Positions 9,962 to 21,573 of a DNA stretch of 64,000 nt are shown here, piece by piece. Below the pieces are notes generated by a model. It did not search any database, was not told where the DNA came from, and saw nothing but the letters and a program-made list of their open reading frames with translations. The DNA is from Candidatus Moraniibacteriota bacterium (GTDB lineage: Bacteria > Patescibacteriota > Minisyncoccia > Moranbacterales > UBA1568): positions 11,405-75,404 of the forward strand of contig JBPOHW010000002.1 in the NCBI GenBank assembly GCA_052035095.1, written 5' to 3'. The position numbers and the translations under genes are program-made. How positions within the stretch are numbered: the first letter of the stretch is position 1; each line of letters opens with the position of its first letter.

Positions 9962-10474
9962 TTAGACTGACTTCCGATGAAAGAGCGACCGGGTCGAATG
10001 AGCGCCGGACGGCTTCCCGACTTTCCCCGACGGAGCAACACCCGAAAATCCCACCGACTTCGCCGTTTTTTCATTTTTTTCATGATGTGTTGAGTCCTTT
10101 TTGACACGCTTTTTCTTTGATGCTTTCGCGCGAAGACTCGGGTCCACTTCATTGAGCACGATGCGAATACGCGACATTCGTTTCCAAATGGGAGTCGCTC
10201 GACCCTGCGCGCGCGGCATCCACCGTTTGAGCTTCCTCCCCTCGCCAACCACGACGCGCATCACCACCAAATTTTCCGGAATCGCCCGAAAGTTATGCTC
10301 GGCATTGGCGACAGCACTCGCAAGGAGCTTCCGTATCGGAAGCGCGGCACGCTTCAACTCGCGATCGAGCTGAATCTCCGCCTCTCGAACCGAAAGTCCC
10401 GCAAGCATTTTTGAAACAACCGATACTTTTCGGGGAGAAATTCGTATATTGTTGAGACTGGCTTCTATGTTCAT
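9962..10474 (-). CDS. rplV: 50S ribosomal protein uL22 (basic C-terminal extension)
   Basis: RISPRK, SAVANAEHN, PRAQGRA. Confidence 0.96.
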   Translation of the reverse strand: MNIEASLNNIRISPRKVSVVSKMLAGLSVREAEIQLDRELKRAALPIRKLLASAVANAEHNFRAIPENLVVMRVVVGEGRKLKRWMPRAQGRATPIWKRMSRIRIVLNEVDPSLRAKASKKKRVKKDSTHHEKNEKTAKSVGFSGVAPSGKVGKPSGAHSTRSLFHRKSV

Positions 10475-10492
10475 AGGTCGGCAATTCTTTCG

Positions 10493-10840
10493 TTATTTCT
10501 TCTTCCCACCGGCGGGAGCGGCCTTGGCTGCCTTGGACACTTCCACCTCTTTTTGCTTGGCGGCCGTCTCGATTTCTTTCTGCATCTTTCCTCCGTGACG
10601 AGTAAACTTCCGTGTCGGAGAAAATTCGCCCAGTCGATGTCCTACCATATCCTCGGTCACATAGACGGAAATAAAATCCTTTCCGTTGTGCACCGCGAAG
10701 GTAACTCCGATCATTTCGGGCGTAATCACGCAGGCGCGAGACCACGTCTTGATAGCGCTTCGATCAGTCGGTTTGCGATTTCTCACTTTCGCGAGAACCC
10801 GCTCATCGATATAGGGACCTTTTTTGAGACTTCGAGACAT
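10493..10840 (-). CDS. rpsS: 30S ribosomal protein uS19
   Basis: [26 protein letters not shown]. Confidence 0.98.
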   Translation of the reverse strand: MSRSLKKGPYIDERVLAKVRNRKPTDRSAIKTWSRACVITPEMIGVTFAVHNGKDFISVYVTEDMVGHRLGEFSPTRKFTRHGGKMQKEIETAAKQKEVEVSKAAKAAPAGGKKK

Positions 10841-10857
10841 AAAAACTCTTTTCCAAA

Positions 10858-11703
10858 TTATTTCCTCGTCTTCTTAAAGCGACGCTTGATGATGTATTGA
10901 TTCGTCGGATTCTTTCTTCGCCGCGTCTTCTTGCCGAGCGCCGGCTTTCCCCACGGGGTCTTGGGATGCATACCGAGCGGTTGCCGCCCTTCGCCTCCTC
11001 CGTGCGGATGATCCACGGGATTCATTGCCGTTCCTCGAACCGCGGGTCGTCGCCCCTTCCATCGGCTTCGTCCCGCCTTTCCAATCCGTTCCACGCCGTG
11101 TTCGAAATTGCTCACTCCGCCCACGGTAGCATAGCATTCGACATTCACCAAGCGAATCTCTCCAGAAGAAAGCCGCACCTGAGCCTTTTCCCCCTCAACG
11201 GAAAGCAGGGTCGCGCTCGATCCGGCACTCCGAGCAATCTTTCCCCCTTTTTCGGGAAAAAACTCTACGTTTGAGATGGTCGTCCCAGCTGGAATGTTCT
11301 TGATCGGGAGGCGATTCCCGGGAGAAACAGGTGCGTGTGGTCCCGCTATGACCTCTTGCCCCGCGGAGACTCCTGCGGCGGCAAGGACATACGCTCTTGC
11401 GCCGTTTGCATACTGGAGACGTGCAATCAACCCCGATCGATTCGGATCCTTTTCAATTGAGAGCACGGTAGCCGGAACATCCGCGTGCGTTGTTTCAAAG
11501 AAATCAACGACTCGATATCGACGCTTATGTCCGCCTCCTCGATGACGAATGGAAATTTTCCCATGCGAGCGTCCGGACTTCTTGGAAAGCGGCGCCGTAA
11601 GAGATCGTTCCGGGCGCGTTATGTCGCGACTCACTGCATCGGGCTTTACCACCGACATATTCCGCCGACCCGCCGTATTTTTTCGATAAATATGAATTGC
11701 CAT
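10858..11703 (-). CDS. rplB: 50S ribosomal protein uL2
   Basis: [27 protein letters not shown]. Confidence 0.98.
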   Translation of the reverse strand: MAIHIYRKNTAGRRNMSVVKPDAVSRDITRPERSLTAPLSKKSGRSHGKISIRHRGGGHKRRYRVVDFFETTHADVPATVLSIEKDPNRSGLIARLQYANGARAYVLAAAGVSAGQEVIAGPHAPVSPGNRLPIKNIPAGTTISNVEFFPEKGGKIARSAGSSATLLSVEGEKAQVRLSSGEIRLVNVECYATVGGVSNFEHGVERIGKAGRSRWKGRRPAVRGTAMNPVDHPHGGGEGRQPLGMHPKTPWGKPALGKKTRRRKNPTNQYIIKRRFKKTRK

Positions 11704-11721
11704 ACGTAAGGAGTTTTGAAG

Positions 11722-12042
11722 CTAGACGCCCTTAAAGAGTTCAATGCTCTCGCCCTTTTTGAGGGTCACTATCGCTTTTTTGAGGGCAACCTTCCAACCA
11801 ACCTTTTGTCCAAACACTCGTCGTTTTTTCGGTATCCGCACCATATTGACATGCGTCACCGAAACTCCATACACACGCTCGACTGCCAATCGCACCTGTT
11901 GTTTCGTAGCGGAAGGTATCACCTGAAAGACATATTTCCCAACCGACAGCGAGAGATGCGCCTTCTCGGTCATCCGAGGACGAAGGAGTACCTGCGAATC
12001 TTTTTCGGTGGGAGACGATTTTTTGGATATTTCCTTGGTCAT
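11722..12042 (-). CDS. rplW: 50S ribosomal protein uL23
   Basis: PRMTEKA, KKAIVTL. Confidence 0.96.
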   Translation of the reverse strand: MTKEISKKSSPTEKDSQVLLRPRMTEKAHLSLSVGKYVFQVIPSATKQQVRLAVERVYGVSVTHVNMVRIPKKRRVFGQKVGWKVALKKAIVTLKKGESIELFKGV

Positions 12043-12695
12043 ACGGTTTTCGTGGACGGTATTTCATGGAGACAACGCTTTTCTATATCCCCGATCGACG
12101 CCTCGCTCACCAAGAAAAATCGGCAACCGAGGAGCTCCTTGGCATTCACGGTGTGCGCTGAAATGGGTGAAACTCCCGGGATATTCCGGCTCGCTCGACC
12201 GATACCACTCTCCCCGGGCGTAAAGGCGAGAAGCGTGCTTTTACCGGACATATCGAGGGCACGAAGTGAACGCGCGACGACCGTCGTCTTCCATTCCGGC
12301 AAAACGAAGGATTCGACAACTCGAATCGTCTTGTTTCGAACCTTTTCGCTCAAGGCGAGCATCATCGCTTTTCGTCGAGCTTTTTGATTGATTTTTTTTG
12401 AAAAATTTCGATCGGATTTCGGACCGAAAACGACGCCGCCCTTTCGCCAAAGAGGACTCCGGACACTGCCGGCGCGAGCGCGACCCGTATGCTTTTGCTT
12501 CCACGGCTTCTTTCCGGAACCCGCTCGCTCTCCGCGACCCTTGGTATGCGCGAACACCCCCCGTTCATTCGCCGAGAGCGACACATACACCTCATGAAGC
12601 AAGGTATCGTTCTTTGGAAGCGCAAAAACTCGATCGTCAAGCGTTATCGATCGAATTTCTTTTCCCGCAAGATTGTAGACCGGAAGTACCGCCAT
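12039..12695 (-). CDS. rplD: 50S ribosomal protein uL4
   Basis: KKPWKQKHTGRARAGS, GGVVFGP. Confidence 0.97.
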   Translation of the reverse strand: MAVLPVYNLAGKEIRSITLDDRVFALPKNDTLLHEVYVSLSANERGVFAHTKGRGERAGSGKKPWKQKHTGRARAGSVRSPLWRKGGVVFGPKSDRNFSKKINQKARRKAMMLALSEKVRNKTIRVVESFVLPEWKTTVVARSLRALDMSGKSTLLAFTPGESGIGRASRNIPGVSPISAHTVNAKELLGCRFFLVSEASIGDIEKRCLHEIPSTKTV

Positions 12696-12701
12696 ACTGT
12701 T

Positions 12702-13298
12702 TTACTTTGTTGATCGTATTTCCACCACACTCCCGACAATGCCGGGTACGGCGCCGCGAACTCCAATTAACTTTCGTTTCGGATCAATATATGAAATAGA
12801 AAGATTTTTCGTCGTCGCCCGCACCCCCCCCATACGTCCCGCCATGCGCATACCCTTGATAACATGCTGAGGGAAAGTCGCCCCGATTGAACCGGGCGCG
12901 CGAAGGTCGTGTTTGTGTCCATGAGTTTTCGGCGCGCCTTTGAACCCGTGTCGTTTGACAACCCCTTGGAATCCTTTTGCCTTTGAAATGCCGGAAACGG
13001 AAACGCGCTCTCCGACGGAAAAATTTTCAACAGACACTGTCGCCTCAATCGGAAGCGCCTCAAGTATAGCGGAAACCTCCGATTCGGACACTTTCGTATC
13101 AAGTCGAAATTCACGCCGAACGTTTTTTCGAACCGTTTTCGGCATCTCGAACTGTACCGCCGAATAGCCATCGCGCTCCGGGGTTCGAACAAGCGTCACC
13201 CGATTGATATCGCATTCGAGCAACGTCACATTCCTCGCCCCCTTCTCCGGGTCGTGAATCGTCGTCATGCCAAGTTTTTTTCCCAAAAGAAATTTCAT
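12702..13298 (-). CDS. rplC: 50S ribosomal protein uL3
   Basis: GKKLGMT, DGYSAVQ, KGFQGVVKRHGF, PGSIG, MAGRMG. Confidence 0.97.
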   Translation of the reverse strand: MKFLLGKKLGMTTIHDPEKGARNVTLLECDINRVTLVRTPERDGYSAVQFEMPKTVRKNVRREFRLDTKVSESEVSAILEALPIEATVSVENFSVGERVSVSGISKAKGFQGVVKRHGFKGAPKTHGHKHDLRAPGSIGATFPQHVIKGMRMAGRMGGVRATTKNLSISYIDPKRKLIGVRGAVPGIVGSVVEIRSTK

Positions 13299-13432
13299 AG
13301 AAACAAAAAAACCGGTCTACGCCAGTCCCATAAAATAAGCACGCAAATGCCTCTTGTGGTCCCGCTATAGTATCCGCACTCTCCACCCTTTCTCCTCGCA
13401 TCCCGAGAGTCGGACTTTTACACGAGTTGTCA
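13299..13432 (-). promoter_or_regulatory. Candidate structured leader upstream of rplC
   Basis: Minus-strand stem TCCGACTCTC / GAGAGTGCGGA, smaller hairpins, then ACCGG-T7 shortly before the rplC ATG. Confidence 0.4.
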
Positions 13433-13438
13433 TTTTCT

Positions 13439-13561
13439 GAAGGCTTTCAAATTTGAGTACAGTTCAAGGAAGATGTGAAGCACGGGGTAAGCCGTATGTA
13501 GACATACGGTGTCGAGTACTGGAACATCTGACGCGGAAATGTGCCAAATTTGAAAGTCTTC
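13439..13561. repeat. ~123-bp rod-like palindromic element directly after the rpsJ stop
   Basis: Terminal IR GAAGGCTTTCAAATTTG / CAAATTTGAAAGTCTTC (16/17), inner AGATGT/ACATCT, apical CCGTATG-TAGA-CATACGG. Confidence 0.8.
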
Positions 13562-13890
13562 TACATTTTAATCTCGATGTCTACTCCCGCCGGCAGATCC
13601 AAATTCGTAAGATGATCCACGGTCTTTGCGGTCGGGTTCACAATATCCACCACGCGCTTATGCACTCGCATTTCATACTGATCGCGCGCGTTTTTGTGCA
13701 CAAACGAAGAACGGTTCACGGTCACTCGATGCGTCTCGGTCGGCAATGGCACAGGCCCGACGACACCGGCACCGGTCCGTTCGGCCGTCTCCACAATCTT
13801 CCTCGCCGTCTGATCGATAACCTTGTGATCGTACGCCTTAATCTTGATGCGCACCCGATTGAGCGCTCCCGCCGGTTCCGTCTTCTTCAT
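13561..13890 (-). CDS. rpsJ: 30S ribosomal protein uS10
   Basis: [33 protein letters not shown]. Confidence 0.98.
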   Translation of the reverse strand: MKKTEPAGALNRVRIKIKAYDHKVIDQTARKIVETAERTGAGVVGPVPLPTETHRVTVNRSSFVHKNARDQYEMRVHKRVVDIVNPTAKTVDHLTNLDLPAGVDIEIKM

Positions 13891-14015
13891 GGAGGTGTTC
13901 TCTCGAAATAAAACGATCCGTTCCGCGAAAATCCCAGATAGAAACTTCGATACCTGCCTTTTTCGGGGAACAGTGGCGAGCCGAAGACTGTTTCGACTCG
14001 CTCTTTTCCTCGAAA

Positions 14016-15206
<1,191 letters not shown>

Positions 15207-15540
15207 AGGTGTGGCCCGAGAAGTCCAAACTTCCTTCAAGAAGAAGTTTCGGAAACCTCCTCGCGTAACGCTTAACGATTTATATATTTCATACTACACG
15301 ATTTCCCCCTCGCTACGAAAGAGAAACACTCGGCGAAATCCGAGCACTTGTGCGAGTTTAGCAACCATCAACTTCTTTGTCAAGGACGTGTATGCGTCCA
15401 CCCATTTTCGCACCCTATCTATCGACTCGAATCCCACCTCGTAGGGCAATACAACAATCCCGCTGAGCGGGATTGTTTTCTTGACTCCCTCTTGACAGAA
15501 GTGCTTATGGGTCTAAGCAGTACGCGCTGTATAACTTACG

Positions 15541-15892
15541 AAAAAAGAAAAGGCGTCTCACTCTATAGAGAAGAAACGCCTCATTTGCATTCAGCGAATA
15601 CATTGAATCCGCCGAGGAATTAAGAGTCCTGGATACCTCCGGGGAGCTTTACAGCCCATCTTCATAGGCGTACCAGGAGCTCATCTGCCACCAGCCATTA
15701 TCACGCTACATACCCTCGTTGCCAAGAGGTGTACGCGTGGGCGGTCCAAAGCTTCGGTGTCAACTCCGAACGGAGTGACTTCTCTTGATTAAAAGAACCT
15801 TAGCTATTGGTCTGGGTTTGAACTGCCCTTCCCTAAGTCGTTCCCCCTCGCAGCCCTCCTTTTCCAGGAGAGCTATACATGATGAGCACCTG
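15541..15892 (-). ncRNA. Candidate large structured ncRNA (~350 nt), family not recognised
   Basis: No credible ORF; long-range helix 15881-15892/15674-15685; hairpins with GGAAA and GCAA loops and G-U pairs on the minus strand; own promoter and intrinsic terminator. Confidence 0.6.
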
Positions 15893-15893
15893 C

Positions 15894-15922
15894 AATATAG
15901 CATAGCTTCACAACTGACACAA
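15894..15922 (-). promoter_or_regulatory. Sigma70-like promoter of the candidate ncRNA
   Basis: TTGTGT-17 nt-TATATT with TG extended -10. Confidence 0.55.
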
Positions 15923-16220
15923 TAGTTTAACCTAAAGAATCGATTCAAACATTCATTCTGGGGGAAAGAGCTTCAGAAAAGTCTTTATTTTAAGGTATCG
16001 ACTGACAGAGCGTCTTTCGAAATCTGAGAGTGTGGATACGAAAGGGAAAAAACAGGGGCAGAAAAAAAGCCAATCACCCCTTTTCATGATCATAGAGTTT
16101 CACTCCGAGAAATGCAGAGACTTCTAATGCTGGTTTAAAAAAGAAAAGGCCACTGGGCGATACCATGTGGCATAAGACAACTTCGTCTGGAGGGCAAACA
16201 AAATTAGCCGTTCGAATTGA

Positions 16221-16808
16221 TCACATACTTTTGATGGTTGACTCGTAGAGAAGGCGGCCATCGCAACCAACACCGCCCCCGAAGCATTTCTGTTTCATAC
16301 ATTCCCGTTCTTGGAACTCTGATTCGGAAAGTGCGGTCTTGCCACCTATCGCAAGATTTATGGTCGGTAAGTTGTACTTCCTGACAATCCGCGCGAGAAG
16401 TTCGGGTTTCACCACCTTGTAGTGACAACCTCTGTGAGTCTCGTAGACATCGAACTGACTCGGGTTACAACACTCGCCCTCCGACAAGATACCGAGATGC
16501 CGCAACGCGAGGGCTACACTGAAGTCGCCTCCGTTATGGGATTGCCACTGCCAGTAGCCGCCGAGACCATTCACCACCATGCGCCACGCATACACCCGAA
16601 GAGAATAATCCGACAGGAAGAATGCTCCGATCGCAAACTGTGCGTTGTAGTAGGAGGGGTGCCCTCGTTCCCACTCGCCAATAAGCGCGAGAGCAGCTGT
16701 GATTGCCTCACAATTCCCTTCAATCTCTTGCGTCGCCAGAGCACGGGTGACGACGTCCACTGCGTATTCTTGCCACCTTGAAAAGTCTTTCACAAACTTC
16801 TCCTCCAA
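16221..16808 (-). CDS. Hypothetical protein
   Basis: 195-aa ORF co-oriented with neighbours, hairpin terminator at ~16147-16172; start uncertain. Confidence 0.6.
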   Translation of the reverse strand: MEEKFVKDFSRWQEYAVDVVTRALATQEIEGNCEAITAALALIGEWERGHPSYYNAQFAIGAFFLSDYSLRVYAWRMVVNGLGGYWQWQSHNGGDFSVALALRHLGILSEGECCNPSQFDVYETHRGCHYKVVKPELLARIVRKYNLPTINLAIGGKTALSESEFQERECMKQKCFGGGVGCDGRLLYESTIKSM

Positions 16809-16989
16809 GAGGTCGCCACAGAATACCGTGGCCGCAGAACTACAAAAGAACTTCGGAAACCAGCTTCTCAGAATTTGGTTCGATAGTCAATGCTCCATTC
16901 TCTGAGCTCTACCTCCATTACCTCTTTTTTAAAAAAGCTAAAAGGGTTCAGGCGCTCTTAGTGAACACAGCGCAATTGTAAGAGTCTCT

Positions 16990-17322
16990 TCACTGCTTTT
17001 TGTAAAAAGCAAAAAGAAGATAATGAAGCGCCAAGGCAAGGATTGACCAGTAGAGAGCAAACACGACGGCAACGAACGGAGGTGGCGGATCATCGTGAAA
17101 TATTTTGATAAAGGCAAAAGGTCCTATCAAGACAACTTTGATGGGATATGAAATATGATATCCGACACTCTTCCAAGCTATTGGTGAATCCGTTCCCAAG
17201 AAAGACTCTTCGTTCCAGGGGAAGACCCTGGCTTCTAGTCCAAAAAGCGCATTCGAGAGAAACATAAAGGCGAACGCGGAAACGAGGAAAAGAATAACAA
17301 ATTTTGTCCTTGAAATATTCAT
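16990..17322 (-). CDS. Hypothetical membrane protein
   Basis: 110 aa, about three hydrophobic segments. Confidence 0.7.
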   Translation of the reverse strand: MNISRTKFVILFLVSAFAFMFLSNALFGLEARVFPWNEESFLGTDSPIAWKSVGYHISYPIKVVLIGPFAFIKIFHDDPPPPFVAVVFALYWSILALALHYLLFAFYKKQ

Positions 17323-17521
17323 AATAGTCCAATCATATCGCGCACCGAATCCCTTGTGCTGGCCCCTCTCACCAGATTCAGGCTTTCACCTCAATCTTAT
17401 CACAAATTCACCTTGCAAGAGCAGGTTATAACCACTCCCCATATCCGCACAACCAAAACAAAAAACCACAAGACAAACCGGTGACAGTCTATATTTGTGG
17501 TTTTTGTTCCTGCTCAGTTTT

Positions 17522-17902
17522 CTATCCTTCTACTTCAACTTGAAAACCGCCGTAAGCCATTCGCTTCATATCAAAAGGCATCACCATATCTTTAAATTCT
17601 TCCGCCTTCTTTCCCATCTCTTCCATCACTTTCGCATTGACCTCATCTCGATGTTCTCTGGATTTAAAGACGATGAAGGAAAACCACACCGCATCTTCAC
17701 CCGTCGCCCCGGTCATCTCGGGAAATGCCCGCGCTCTTTCGCCGCCCATTTCCTGCGGAACCAGATCGTCGCCTCGACATTCATAATATTCAAGCGCGCC
17801 ATACTTCATCCACATATCGCGGCCATCTTCTGCCATTTTCTTGTACTCTTCAACCTTGCCCTTTGGAACGACAAGTACAAATCCGTCTACATATTTTGCC
17901 AT
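17522..17902 (-). CDS. DUF1428 (YbaA-like) protein
   Basis: YVDGFVLVVP, GALEYYEC.GDDL, HRDEVNAKVM, PFDMKRMAYGGF. Confidence 0.92.
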   Translation of the reverse strand: MAKYVDGFVLVVPKGKVEEYKKMAEDGRDMWMKYGALEYYECRGDDLVPQEMGGERARAFPEMTGATGEDAVWFSFIVFKSREHRDEVNAKVMEEMGKKAEEFKDMVMPFDMKRMAYGGFQVEVEG

Positions 17903-17988
17903 ACTGTATTCACCGCCTTTCTAAGAGAGAGTTAAAAAAGTCTCTTTCATAAAAGCCTCCCCCGCCCTGCTATTCACTTTATACCTCC

Positions 17989-18654
17989 TCAAACCAACTG
18001 TTTCAACTTTCCCACAAAATCATCGGGACTGAAAATTTGCAGAATATCGAAACCTCGTCTTTGATAAGAGTCAACTTCATACGCGCAATCGTCTATAAGC
18101 GCCACTTCTTCACATCTCAAAGCATTCTCTTTCAAATACTTGTCAAAAAACGGGATTCGATCGGGATTTCGTTCGTCCACATCCTGCTTGAGTACTTTCA
18201 ACTCGAAAGAATTCAACACATCGTCAAAATATTTCTCAAGCCCCAAAGCCGGCACCGTAAACCGCGTGAACGTGTCCATATTATCCGTTGCGATGACGCA
18301 TTTCGTTCCACTGTCTCTCAGCTTTTTGACAAGCGGAAGAATGTCCTCGGAAACCAAACGCATTGACTCGCAACTCTCTTTGAGATCCTGAAAGATGGTG
18401 TCTCGAGAATATCCGAAACGATCGGCGAGCATCGTAGAGATTTCTTCCGCGTTCATTTTTCCTCGCATCCACTCCATCACCACCGGCATATTCTCGCCAA
18501 GCAGATATCGAAAAAGGGGAGCATACCACTCATGCCGCGGATGCTCGGGATTTTCCCACTGATCCCAAAACAAGGACGTCGACAGCGTATTGTGCCAATC
18601 GAAGAAGACAGTTTTGTATTTCTTACACGTCTTCACAAGGAGTTCTTTGTCCAC
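17989..18654 (-). CDS. HAD-superfamily hydrolase
   Basis: VFFDWHNTL motif I, IATDN motif II, K motif III, ALIDD motif IV; GTG start. Confidence 0.85.
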   Translation of the reverse strand: MDKELLVKTCKKYKTVFFDWHNTLSTSLFWDQWENPEHPRHEWYAPLFRYLLGENMPVVMEWMRGKMNAEEISTMLADRFGYSRDTIFQDLKESCESMRLVSEDILPLVKKLRDSGTKCVIATDNMDTFTRFTVPALGLEKYFDDVLNSFELKVLKQDVDERNPDRIPFFDKYLKENALRCEEVALIDDCAYEVDSYQRRGFDILQIFSPDDFVGKLKQLV

Positions 18655-18803
18655 ATAATTACGCCCGTATTATTTCCGGCTGAAAAAACTGCTCCTGAAG
18701 ATTCGTCCCTTTCCCATAGAAAGAGAGTAGCACAAAATTCACCATGAAAAAAAGCCCTGACAATTTGACTGTCAGGGCTATGTAAACGCACTAAATTCTG
18801 ATT

Positions 18804-19580
18804 CTAATGTGTCTGATGTGCGGCAATGGTTGAGAGGTATGGACCAAGTTGCGGAAGGTGCTCCAGCAAATACCGTTCCGCTCCCGGAAATCCAAGGCGA
18901 TCATCCAATAAACCACCCGACGCAGAGAACACTTGCAATGCCCGATCCGCGGACACAATGCCGAGCTCATACTGGAGGAGACTCTCCGTCGTCATACGCG
19001 AGACGAGGACTTGTCCATCAACATTTCCAGCTCGTCCCATTGATACAAACGCAAAGCCCCCCTTCACAACACCAACTGAATCATCTCGCACCGGAAACAC
19101 CAAGTACAGCTTGTGATTTCGGTTAGATGACTCAACCAACAACATCGCCTTCAGAGGCAACGTTCCATACGGTCCGAAAACCTCCGCCCCATCCAGTTGA
19201 GTACAACAGCGTCCCGCGTGTTGCGGCAAGCTGTAGACCACAACCACCAAGACAGTATCGGAATCAAAGTAAATAGGAAAAGGAGGTATCTCACTTCCAT
19301 ACTTGATCACCGAAGAATATACATCGGTTTTTTCAACAAGACCTCGCATGCCAACAGCAATAGGCTCAATGGCATCCGAAAACTCACGCAAGCCTCTGCG
19401 CCGGATAACATCATCGAGGAGTTTTTCCGCGGATTCACGCCCCCTCTCACGAAGCTCTCGATGATAGAAAGAGCTTGGACTCACCCTTAAAGAGTCTTCA
19501 TATTGGTCGACGGTCGACTTCAGCTCGCCACTTCCAATAAGACGATCAAGAATTTCCAAAACACTGTGTGCCTGCGCCAT
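18804..19580 (-). CDS. Hypothetical protein
   Basis: 258-aa ORF with SD GAGGTG; terminator AGCCCTGACA/TGTCAGGGCT at ~18753-18779. Confidence 0.7.
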   Translation of the reverse strand: MAQAHSVLEILDRLIGSGELKSTVDQYEDSLRVSPSSFYHRELRERGRESAEKLLDDVIRRRGLREFSDAIEPIAVGMRGLVEKTDVYSSVIKYGSEIPPFPIYFDSDTVLVVVVYSLPQHAGRCCTQLDGAEVFGPYGTLPLKAMLLVESSNRNHKLYLVFPVRDDSVGVVKGGFAFVSMGRAGNVDGQVLVSRMTTESLLQYELGIVSADRALQVFSASGGLLDDRLGFPGAERYLLEHLPQLGPYLSTIAAHQTH

Positions 19581-19801
19581 TTTGTCACCTCACATTCGCC
19601 TTAAGGAACCACAAAAACCACGGTGTCCATTTGGACTCCACACATTATCATATACTTCCAACTTTGTCCAGACACCGTTATAAATAAAAAGGAGAAGACA
19701 AAAGGAGTCAGTCGCCCTTTTTAGCTTCTTTACCTTTCCTCCTCCGCACTCTACCCCAAAACCCCAAGAAAAAACACGCCCTCTCGAATGCGCTTTTCGT
19801 T

Positions 19802-19833
19802 TGGCTCCAAGCACTATAAATGAAGTTCGAACC
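19802..19833. mobile_element. att-like site (degenerate tRNA-Asn 3' mimic)
   Basis: TGGCTCC...GAAGTTCGAACC; ~110-bp left flank homologous to that of the 21574 site. Confidence 0.6.
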
Positions 19834-19971
19834 TGATTTGGAAAACATCCTTATCAAATTTGAGTCGTATAAATACAAAAACCCCGAGACACATCCAGCG
19901 AATCGGGGTTGGTATAATTTACGGAACATCCTCACTCCGTAGTTAGTTAGAGAGTATTCCAGAGCTAGATA

Positions 19972-20640
19972 TTAGTCATCACTACCTTGACTTTCTGCCA
20001 GAATCTTCAAAATCTGGAGGAACAGGTTAATGATATCCAGGTAGAGGCTAATGGCAACGTCAACCGCATTGTCTAGGGTCGCCGGTATCGTGCTAGCCCG
20101 ATACATGTCGAAACCGATGTACAGTGCAAAAATGCCGGCGGCGATGTAGTGGATGATCGTGAAGTGCTGAAGAGCTGGAATAAACAGACTCAGCAACGAC
20201 ACGATCACCAGGCAACTCAAGGCTCCAAACAACGCACCGCCAATACTTTTGTAGAAACTCGGAAACATCAGACCCGTAACGGCCATAATACCAGTAACGG
20301 CGGCCGTCAGAGATGCGGCATCGACAACAAGACCTGGATAGGCCAGGTTATACTTGGCGAGGACCGGGCCGAGAATAGCACCGAGCGGTATGACGACACA
20401 GTTGAAGCCAATGAACGACACAAACGCATTGCTCGAAATTGACAGGAGGATACCGACGATCGGCACCGCCAGACCCCAGCCAAGGATTTCCCATAGACTC
20501 GGTTGCCAACCGGAAGTAGACTCGGCGACAATGTATGTCGCGACGAAGCCCCAGGTCAAAACGCAGCCGAGGACAAGGTAAAAGGCACCACGAGTCATTA
20601 CATCGTTGCCAGTACGGTCGAATACGTCGGATTTGGGCAT
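19972..20640 (-). CDS. Bax inhibitor-1 / YccA family membrane protein
   Basis: Seven hydrophobic helices, YIGFD and ISLYLDIINLFL motifs; start set at MPKSD (upstream starts possible). Confidence 0.88.
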   Translation of the reverse strand: MPKSDVFDRTGNDVMTRGAFYLVLGCVLTWGFVATYIVAESTSGWQPSLWEILGWGLAVPIVGILLSISSNAFVSFIGFNCVVIPLGAILGPVLAKYNLAYPGLVVDAASLTAAVTGIMAVTGLMFPSFYKSIGGALFGALSCLVIVSLLSLFIPALQHFTIIHYIAAGIFALYIGFDMYRASTIPATLDNAVDVAISLYLDIINLFLQILKILAESQGSDD

Positions 20641-20925
20641 GAGTATTTCTCCAGATCTCCAGATGTGTATGAGGTTATTTGCCGCGATCGGCGTTTTGAC
20701 AATATGTTCTTCCATTACATACAGCCAAAACGCCGACGGATGACAAATAATCTCCATTCCGTTTTTCTTTAAGGTACTCTTATCGTGCTTTTTCAGCATG
20801 ACGCTCTATATCTATCATACATTTTTACGCCTGTCAATACTTGTACCCTTGCACTGCTAACAAATTTCAGTTTCAAATTCCATTTTAGGCAACAAAAAAC
20901 AGGACTTGCTACAGCCTCGTTTTCT

Positions 20926-20958
20926 TAGCTCCGCGGACTGGACACTCTAATTCGAACC
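20926..20958. mobile_element. att-like site (degenerate tRNA-Asn 3' mimic)
   Basis: TAGCTCCGCGGACTGGACACTCTAATTCGAACC preceded by a hairpin and A-run. Confidence 0.55.
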
Positions 20959-21030
20959 TCCTTGCAAAGAAAAAACCCACCGAAGTAGTTTTCTACTGGT
21001 GGGATTTCATTGTCGAAAAACCGTGATTGT

Positions 21031-21315
21031 CTAGCTAATCCTTTTACCCACAGCAATAAGGAGGGCGCCGACATTCCCGCTTCCGAATTGGATACCTATC
21101 CATATGCACGCTGCAAAACCAGTGTAAAGAGCATAAGAAAAAAAACGATACTCATTCCAGTGATTCCCGAACCCCCACCTGCCAACGAGTTCATTTGCGG
21201 CAAGAATCCCCAAAAGAGCAAGAAAGCTCCATATTGATGCAAATATTGGGCTAAGAAGTCCCAAAATTATTCCAACCAATAATCCAGCGATGTACCTGGG
21301 AAAGAACGTGCTCAT
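21031..21315 (-). CDS. Small hypothetical membrane protein
   Basis: Hydrophobic 94-aa ORF from MSTFFP. Confidence 0.6.
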   Translation of the reverse strand: MSTFFPRYIAGLLVGIILGLLSPIFASIWSFLALLGILAANELVGRWGFGNHWNEYRFFSYALYTGFAACIWIGIQFGSGNVGALLIAVGKRIS

Positions 21316-21573
21316 GACAAATCCTCCACAAGAACTCAAAACCACGATAACAACTTCGTCCCACAGTGTCAAAAATTTCCCCGCATATACCACGCGCAAA
21401 AACAGAAAAGCGGAAAAGGGGTCAGGTACCTTTTTCTAATCTTCCTTGTTTTTTAACATTACGAGAAAACAGAAAAGGGATCAGCTACTCCTTTTGGTTT
21501 CTTTCCCCTTTCTCTTCCACGTGCTACTCCAAACCCCAAGAAAAAACACACTCTCTCGAATGTGCTTTTCATT

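Noticed and set aside
15452-15510. Possible outermost att site (hairpin then TGACTCCCTCTTGACAGAAGTG)
   Set aside because: Core and RT-like arm too degenerate to support; may be only a terminator
15541-15892. RNase P RNA, tmRNA or cobalamin riboswitch
   Set aside because: Conserved signature sequences not found by eye; left as unclassified
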